Shown here: in pieces, positions 63,565-64,000 of the stretch
Layout: the number at the start of each line of letters is the position of its first letter
How positions within the stretch are numbered: the first letter of the stretch is position 1
Source of the DNA: a virus
Reading direction: 5' to 3' (one strand)
DNA: 64,000 nt
Virus record (IMG/VR): IMGVR_UViG_3300045988_125590
Location: 1-64,000 of that record
The notes under the pieces: generated by a model
The model's database searches: none
What the model saw: only the letters and a program-made list of their open reading frames with translations
Told to the model about the DNA's origin: nothing
Program-made: the position numbers and the translations under genes

Positions 63565-64000
63565 ATGGCAACAAATACTGGAATAAAAAAGACAGTGACC
63601 AAAACTGATGTCGTTTTTGACGACAAAATAATTACATTAAGAAGCGTATATGACAAGGCAAATATTAAATATATGATTATGCCTTGTAAGAATAAGTATG
63701 GACAATATCCAAGTTGTATAAAAAGAGTTAATTCATAGGGCGATATGATTATGAGTGAGAAGGAAAAGAATGAGTTCTCTGAGGGAACTGCAGTATTCTT
63801 CCCAGAAAACCACTTATTTGAAGTTACCAGTGGAAAAACTTATAACTTAAACGATATTTATGATAAGGCAGAATGGGAAGCAATAGAAAATTGCCCTTAT
63901 ATTGCTAAGAGCCGAGATGCCCGTGATGAGAAAGGTAATCTAATCATAGATGGACCTAAGTCTACTCCTAGTAAACCTACTAGGAATGGTGTGGCTGAGC
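63565..64000 (+). CDS. Partial CDS (C-terminus outside window), hypothetical, contains in-frame TAG
   Basis: MATNTGIKKTVTKTDVVFDDKIITLRSVYDK...; open to the window end with TAG read as sense. Confidence 0.3.

Noticed and set aside
29390-64000. Interpreting the many in-frame TAGs as pseudogenisation, frameshifts or sequencing errors
   Set aside because: TAGs are frequent, confined to one functional class of genes, and never accompanied by in-frame TAA/TGA. The resulting proteins keep intact catalytic motifs, and a cognate CUA suppressor tRNA is encoded. Systematic recoding is the simpler explanation.

Overview
AT-rich (about 35% GC) window from a large tailed phage; a crAss-like / Bacteroidota-infecting phage is a guess, not a demonstrated assignment. 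It has two transcriptional halves. The first half, about 1-28,300 on the minus strand, is an early/auxiliary region read in the standard code. Every stop I checked there is TAA or TGA. It contains: (a) a flotillin/SPFH plus NfeD pair; (b) a module of two GS-like amidoligases, a class-II glutamine amidotransferase and a class-I glutamine amidotransferase / gamma-glutamyl-hydrolase-like protein; (c) a classic AAA ATPase plus a vWA (metal-ion-dependent adhesion site, MIDAS) protein; (d) a glucosaminidase-family hydrolase, an HNH endonuclease and many small ORFs; (e) a large minus-strand tRNA array of about 20 parseable tRNAs plus roughly 10 tRNA-like, partial or defective elements. Genes at 29,390-33,619 on the minus strand (holin-like protein, NlpC/P60 plus phage-lysozyme peptidoglycan hydrolase, others) and nearly all plus-strand genes from 35,339 onward contain many in-frame TAG codons and only make sense if TAG is decoded as an amino acid. 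This applies to terminase large subunit, portal, a run of paralogous fibre-like proteins, Amidase_3 endolysin, collar-domain tail fibre, scaffold-like protein and major-capsid-like protein. Conserved motifs support TAG = Gln, e.g. NlpC/P60 'LPRTAAQQ'. An amber-suppressor tRNA with anticodon CTA and a tRNA-Gln-like body lies at 28,733-28,807, at the junction between standard-code and recoded regions. Start contexts lack Shine-Dalgarno sequences and have A-rich leaders, consistent with a Bacteroidota host. All coordinates of recoded genes and of hand-parsed tRNAs are approximate and need tRNAscan-SE/ARAGORN and a code-15-style gene call to confirm.
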